A stretch of DNA of 64,000 bases from an uncultured Candidatus Saccharibacteria bacterium (GTDB taxonomy: Bacteria > Patescibacteriota > Minisyncoccia > Phycocordibacterales > PALSA-1337). The translations under genes and the position numbers were made by a program. The stretch lies in contig CAYQFS010000001.1 of the NCBI GenBank assembly GCA_964416985.1, positions 83,413-147,412 on the forward strand, given 5' to 3'. The notes below the pieces were generated by a model. That model was given only the letters and a program-made list of their open reading frames with translations, searched no databases and was not told the origin of the DNA. This document shows positions 57,325 to 64,000 of the stretch, piece by piece; within the stretch, counting starts at the first letter, position 1, and every line of letters starts with the position of its first letter.

Positions 57325-58116
57325 ATGAACAGCCTCTTTCTCCTCTTCTCATTTATTCTCGGAACCATAATCGGAAGCTTCTTGAATGTTGTTGCCCTCC
57401 GCTACAACACCGGCATGACTCTTAAGGGAAGATCAAAATGCTTTTCTTGCAATAGTAGCCTCAGTTGGATGGAACTCATCCCACTCTTTAGCTTTATTTT
57501 TCAGGGAGGAGCATGTAAGAAATGTAAGAGCAAAATTTCGTGGCAGTATCCAGTAATCGAGCTTCTCGCTGGTCTTCTCTTTATCCTTATTTTTTACTTT
57601 TTTCCACCAGTTTCAATTGCCGCTGGAGTGATGACTGTCTTTTATCTCTTTATTACCTCACTTCTCCTTGTGATCATTGTGTATGATGTAAAGCACAAGA
57701 TTATTCCTAACGCTCTTGTATACACATTTGCTTTTGTAGCCTTTGCTCATCTCTTTATTTCACCAGATCTTTCTTTTCAAATTCCGACAACACTCGAACT
57801 TCTGTCTGGCATTATCGTAGCCCTTCCATTTGCTGCTCTCTGGCTTGTCTCAAAGGGAACATGGATGGGACTTGGGGATGCAAAACTTGCTCTCGGAATA
57901 GGCTGGACACTCGGACTTCTTCCGGCAATCTCAGCTATCGTTCTTGCATTCTGGATCGGGGCAGTGGTAAGTGTCGTTTGGATGCTTCTCGTTTTTAGAA
58001 AACTCAAAGCACGATACGAAATTCCGTTTGGACCATACCTGATCCTCGGAATGTATATTGTCCTCTTTACGGGAATACAGGTTATGGACATTGCCGCATT
58101 CTTTTCACCACTATGA
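57325..58116 (+). CDS. pilD: Prepilin peptidase
   Basis: GSFLNVV, RSKCFSC...CKKC, MGLGDAKL, IPFGPYL. Confidence 0.95.
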   Translation: MNSLFLLFSFILGTIIGSFLNVVALRYNTGMTLKGRSKCFSCNSSLSWMELIPLFSFIFQGGACKKCKSKISWQYPVIELLAGLLFILIFYFFPPVSIAAGVMTVFYLFITSLLLVIIVYDVKHKIIPNALVYTFAFVAFAHLFISPDLSFQIPTTLELLSGIIVALPFAALWLVSKGTWMGLGDAKLALGIGWTLGLLPAISAIVLAFWIGAVVSVVWMLLVFRKLKARYEIPFGPYLILGMYIVLFTGIQVMDIAAFFSPL

Positions 58117-58718
58117 TTGTAAAGAATTTAAAAAAAATTCGAATTGACAAAGGCTTTACGGTTGTTGAGCTTGTAGTTTCTATCGCAATATTTGCGCTGA
58201 TGACAGCTCTTCTTCTTGCAAAATATGGGACTTTCAATGATGGAGTCCTCATGACAAATCTTGCGTATGATGTCGCACTCACCATTCGCAATGCTCAATC
58301 GTATAGTCTTAATGTAAAAAGCGCTCCCTCAGGTGGCGCAAATTATTCGGATCAATTTAATTATGGGTATGGTGTCCATTTTGATATTGTAAATAATAAG
58401 CAAATAATCTTTTTTGTCGATACAGATGGTGATCAAGAGTATGACAGTGGGGAACAGATTTCAGTATATAATCTCAAGAGGGGGAGTATATTGAGAGCTA
58501 TCTGCGTAGGGCCTACATCGTGTTCAGGACCAGCTACATATTCTCTTGATGTTAGTTTCAAAAGACCAAACCCAGATGCTATATTGTTTGCGAGAGATAC
58601 TGCTAGTCACGCTGTTATAAGTGGAGTCGGATACGCGATTATTGAGTTCAATTCTTCAAATGGAACTAGGAAAAGGATCAGGTTAAATTCAGGAGGTCAG
58701 ATAAATGTAATTAACTAG
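58113..58718 (+). CDS. Minor pilin-like protein
   Basis: KGFTVVELVVSIAIF; YGYGVHF. Confidence 0.85.
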   Translation: MIVKNLKKIRIDKGFTVVELVVSIAIFALMTALLLAKYGTFNDGVLMTNLAYDVALTIRNAQSYSLNVKSAPSGGANYSDQFNYGYGVHFDIVNNKQIIFFVDTDGDQEYDSGEQISVYNLKRGSILRAICVGPTSCSGPATYSLDVSFKRPNPDAILFARDTASHAVISGVGYAIIEFNSSNGTRKRIRLNSGGQINVIN

Positions 58719-58719
58719 T

Positions 58720-59391
58720 ATGAAATATTTTTCTTCACTTTCAAATACAAAAGGATTTACTCTTGTCGAGATGATTGTCTCAGTTTCGATTTTTGCTATA
58801 GTTGCTCTTGTTGCCCTCGGAGCATTGCTCAAAATCACTGACGTTAACAAGAAGGCTCAGTCCATGAAGACAGCTATTAACAGCATGAACTTCATGCTTG
58901 AATCATTGTCGAGGGAGCTTAAGGTTGGTACACGCTATTATTGTGCTGCATCATTTTCGTTCACTCCGAGTCCACCCGGTAGTCCCGCTACGCTTCTTAC
59001 TCCGACATCCTGTAATTTCACCTCATTTCCGAGTGGGAATACGTCATGGTATATTGCGTTTCATTCGTCAAAAGTAATGCCTAAATCGGGAGGGGGCACT
59101 TGTAATTTGATATATTACTATCGTTTTGCGTTTAACCTCGCAACAGAGCAAAAAATTCAGCTTTTAAAGTATGAACAGCCTAATTGTGAGGCAGGTTCTG
59201 CTGCTTTTCTACCTCTCGGGCTTGTTAATACAGATGATCTCTATTTTACAAGTGGGTCGATGATAGTAAATAGTAGCACGACCTTTCAACCGTATGTAAA
59301 ATGGCATTTTGTTGGATATTCCGGTTTGAAGGAAAAAAATAGAACGTATTTTGATCTACAGACGAGCGCATCTCAACGTATTGCAAACTAA
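58720..59391 (+). CDS. Minor pilin-like protein
   Basis: KGFTLVEMIVSVSIF. Confidence 0.85.
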   Translation: MKYFSSLSNTKGFTLVEMIVSVSIFAIVALVALGALLKITDVNKKAQSMKTAINSMNFMLESLSRELKVGTRYYCAASFSFTPSPPGSPATLLTPTSCNFTSFPSGNTSWYIAFHSSKVMPKSGGGTCNLIYYYRFAFNLATEQKIQLLKYEQPNCEAGSAAFLPLGLVNTDDLYFTSGSMIVNSSTTFQPYVKWHFVGYSGLKEKNRTYFDLQTSASQRIAN

Positions 59392-59392
59392 T

Positions 59393-59959
59393 ATGAAAAA
59401 CATTTCATTATTACAGAAAAATAGTCTGCAACATCGTGGATTTACTATCGTGGAGACGCTTGTTGCTGTTGCTATACTTATGATAGCAATTGCAGGACCA
59501 TTGACCATTGTTAATAAGTCTCTTCGTGCTGCTATGGAGGCACAAGATCAAGTTACAGCCTCGTATCTTGCCCAGGATGCAGTTGAATACATCAAGAATG
59601 TCAAAGATAACAATATGATAAACAACCGGACATGGCTCGATAAGCTTTCTCAGTGTATCGATACTGATTCAGGATATTGTAGCGTAAATACTCTTACCGG
59701 AAATCCGAATGCAAGCGGTCCTGCCCTCAATGCCGGAATAGCTCCATGTATTTCTTCATGCAGACTCTATCTCTCAAGCTCGGGATACAGCCCCGACAAT
59801 ACTGGAACTGCGACGAAATATTCGAGATACTTTTATATCGTTCCTAATAAGAACAACCCAAGCGGTGAAGTCAAAATTGTTGTAATAGTAAAGTGGATGA
59901 ATGGATCTCTCGAGAGTGTTGTGACATATGAAAATGAAATATTTAATATTATAAAATAA
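59393..59959 (+). CDS. Minor pilin (PilV-like)
   Basis: RGFTIVETLVAVAIL, ASYLAQDAVEYIKN. Confidence 0.85.
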   Translation: MKNISLLQKNSLQHRGFTIVETLVAVAILMIAIAGPLTIVNKSLRAAMEAQDQVTASYLAQDAVEYIKNVKDNNMINNRTWLDKLSQCIDTDSGYCSVNTLTGNPNASGPALNAGIAPCISSCRLYLSSSGYSPDNTGTATKYSRYFYIVPNKNNPSGEVKIVVIVKWMNGSLESVVTYENEIFNIIK

Positions 59960-60474
59960 TGAAACGTGTGAATTATAAAGATACATCAGTTTATAAAAAG
60001 GGTTACACACTTCTTTTTGCAGTACTCGTTTCTTCTCTTGTGCTCGCAATCGGGATTTCCATTCTCAATATAAGTAAAAAAGAATTTCTTCTTGCGACTT
60101 CGGCAAGAGATTCATCTGCTGCTTTCTATGCTGCAGATGGAGGAGTTGAATGTGCTGCATATGGTGACCAAACATACGGCAGTTTCTCGACTTCTACCAC
60201 GCCAACTGCCGCTCTTTCATGTGGAGAAGCTCAAACTACCCCTGTACTTGACGATATAAATGCTGCCACAACGACATTTACTTTCTCTGTTAAATTTGGA
60301 AAAGAGGCAGCATCGTGTGCTGATATTACTGTACAGAAAGGCTACGCCAATGGAAGTGAGGTAACAATCATCGATGCTCGAGGCTACAATCTTGGTTGGA
60401 ATGAACAGACATCTGGTCCGTGCAATGTTCAAAGTCCCAAGAAAGTAGAGCGAGGACTCCGTCTCTCATACTAG
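59959..60474 (+). CDS. PilX-like minor pilin
   Basis: KGYTLLFAVLV (no Glu5), AFYAADGGVECA. Confidence 0.8.
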   Translation: MKRVNYKDTSVYKKGYTLLFAVLVSSLVLAIGISILNISKKEFLLATSARDSSAAFYAADGGVECAAYGDQTYGSFSTSTTPTAALSCGEAQTTPVLDDINAATTTFTFSVKFGKEAASCADITVQKGYANGSEVTIIDARGYNLGWNEQTSGPCNVQSPKKVERGLRLSY

Positions 60475-60495
60475 TCATAAATATGATATTCTTAG

Positions 60496-62517
<2,022 letters not shown>

Positions 62518-62541
62518 CTCATATTTTGCTAAACTCATCTC

Positions 62542-62835
62542 ATGATCACTGTCGCTGAAGTTGAAAAGCTGGCTCAATTGGCTCGTATTAAGCTTGATCC
62601 TACTGAAAAACAGGCTCTTACAAAAGAAATTGATTCTATTTTGTCGTACGTAGACGAAATCAAAAAAGCCACTGTTGCAATGGACTATACTCCGACTCCC
62701 GGAGCAGTTCACAATGCAATGAAGGATGATGTTGCCCGAACCATTTCTCCAGAAAGCCGGGAAGCGATTCTCAATGAAGCTCCGGATAGAGAAGGCGATT
62801 TTGTTGCAGTTAAAAAGATAATTGCTCAGGATTAA
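62542..62835 (+). CDS. gatC: Asp/Glu-tRNA amidotransferase subunit C
   Basis: VEKLAQLARI, ILSYV, APDREGDFVAVKKI. Confidence 0.93.
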   Translation: MITVAEVEKLAQLARIKLDPTEKQALTKEIDSILSYVDEIKKATVAMDYTPTPGAVHNAMKDDVARTISPESREAILNEAPDREGDFVAVKKIIAQD

Positions 62836-62844
62836 TTGATTTCT

Positions 62845-64000
62845 ATGATTGATCTCTCTAAACTTACAATTACAAAAGCTCACGAAGCCATGAAAAAGGG
62901 TGAGTTTTCTGCTGTCGATCTCGCGCAGGCTTACCTCAGTGAAATTTCAAAGAAAAATAAGGAAATACATGCCTACCTTGAAGTTTTTTCTGATGTACTT
63001 GAGCAGGCCAAAGAGGCTGACAAAAGGTTCAAAGAGGGAAGGGCGACAATGCTCACCGGTATTCCTTTTGCCATTAAAGATAATATTTTAATTGAAGGAA
63101 GGATCGCAAGTTCAGCTTCAAAAATTCTCGAGAACTATCGTGCGACGTACGACGCCACTGTTATTGAAAAATTAAAAAAAGAAGGAGCAGTTTTTCTCGG
63201 AAGGACAAACATGGATGAGTTTGCTATGGGAGGCTCGACCGAAAATTCTGCTTTCGGTCCTACAAAAAATCCTCACGATATTTCGCGGGTTGCAGGAGGT
63301 TCATCTGGTGGATCTGCGGCTGCTCTTGCCATGAACGGGGCACTCGCTGCTTTGGGAACTGACACTGGGGGATCAATTCGCCAGCCGGCAAGCTTCTGTG
63401 GACTTGTCGGACTAAAGCCAACATACGGACGAGTTTCCCGATCTGGAGCGATGGCCATGGGTTCATCTCTCGATCAAATCGGTCCTTTTGGCAAGACCGT
63501 TTCTGACACAGAAATTATCTATACTGTTATTAAAGGAAAAGATGTGCTTGATGGGACAACTATCTCTGAGACGACATATCTAGAGAAGCGAATTGGAAAA
63601 AAGAAACCTATCATTGGTGTGCCTCGCCACTTTTTAAAAGGGGATGGAATTACAAAAGATATCCTTGATAATTTTAATCAATCTCTTGAGAAATTTAAAA
63701 AAGCCGGATATGAAATAAAGGATGTTGAGTTGCCAAATATTTCATATTCTCTCGCGGTATATTATGTCATTATGCCTGCCGAAGTTTCGTCAAACCTTTC
63801 CCGTTTTGACGGTGTTAAATACGGCTTGCACAAGGATGGTAAGGACGGCATTGATGACTATTTTGAGACTCGGGGCGCTGGATTTGGAAAAGAAGCACGA
63901 AGAAGAATCCTTCTTGGAACATACGTACTTTCTTCGGGGTATTATGATGCCTACTACAACCGTGCAAACGCAGTACGTAGAATTATTACACAGGACTTCC
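62845..64000 (+). CDS. gatA: Asp/Glu-tRNA amidotransferase subunit A (runs off the window)
   Basis: Manual translation: MIDLSKLTI..., IKDNI, NMDEFAMG, GGSSGGSAAA, GTDTGGSIRQPASFCG. Confidence 0.96.
   Translation, partial: MIDLSKLTITKAHEAMKKGEFSAVDLAQAYLSEISKKNKEIHAYLEVFSDVLEQAKEADKRFKEGRATMLTGIPFAIKDNILIEGRIASSASKILENYRATYDATVIEKLKKEGAVFLGRTNMDEFAMGGSTENSAFGPTKNPHDISRVAGGSSGGSAAALAMNGALAALGTDTGGSIRQPASFCGLVGLKPTYGRVSRSGAMAMGSSLDQIGPFGKTVSDTEIIYTVIKGKDVLDGTTISETTYLEKRIGKKKPIIGVPRHFLKGDGITKDILDNFNQSLEKFKKAGYEIKDVELPNISYSLAVYYVIMPAEVSSNLSRFDGVKYGLHKDGKDGIDDYFETRGAGFGKEARRRILLGTYVLSSGYYDAYYNRANAVRRIITQDF

Overview
This is a chromosomal window from a reduced-genome bacterium, most likely Patescibacteria/CPR (Parcubacteria-like). 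That call is an inference from the lack of rpmD/L30 between rpsE and rplO, SD-less AT-rich gene starts, a cluster-less MutY and a CPR-style type IV pilus locus. The window holds the str-S10-spc ribosomal protein cluster, which is split by a methyltransferase and is not followed by the alpha operon. It also holds infC-rpmI-rplT, smpB plus tmRNA, two large secreted or surface proteins, ftsH, recG, tRNA-Ile(UAU), tRNA-Ser(GCU), an ArsR-nrdD-nrdG-iscS-iscU-flavoreductase module, a ComF/type IV pilus locus, ligA, gatC and a partial gatA. The main second-look items are: (1) an unannotated ~140-nt structured RNA with its own promoter and terminator that folds like a compact 6S RNA (20487-20624); (2) a pseudo-receiver/RNAP alpha-CTD fusion gene beside tmRNA; (3) an EF-Tu with a non-canonical, PVC-like switch-I segment and an S12 lacking the conserved loop proline; (4) an H-type pseudoknot/anti-SD leader ahead of a Verrucomicrobia-like secreted protein; (5) a palindrome-gated class III RNR operon with its own Fe-S assembly genes; (6) pervasive leaderless promoter architecture; and (7) unannotated small ORFs. 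All calls come from reading the sequence by eye; no database searches or folding programs were run.
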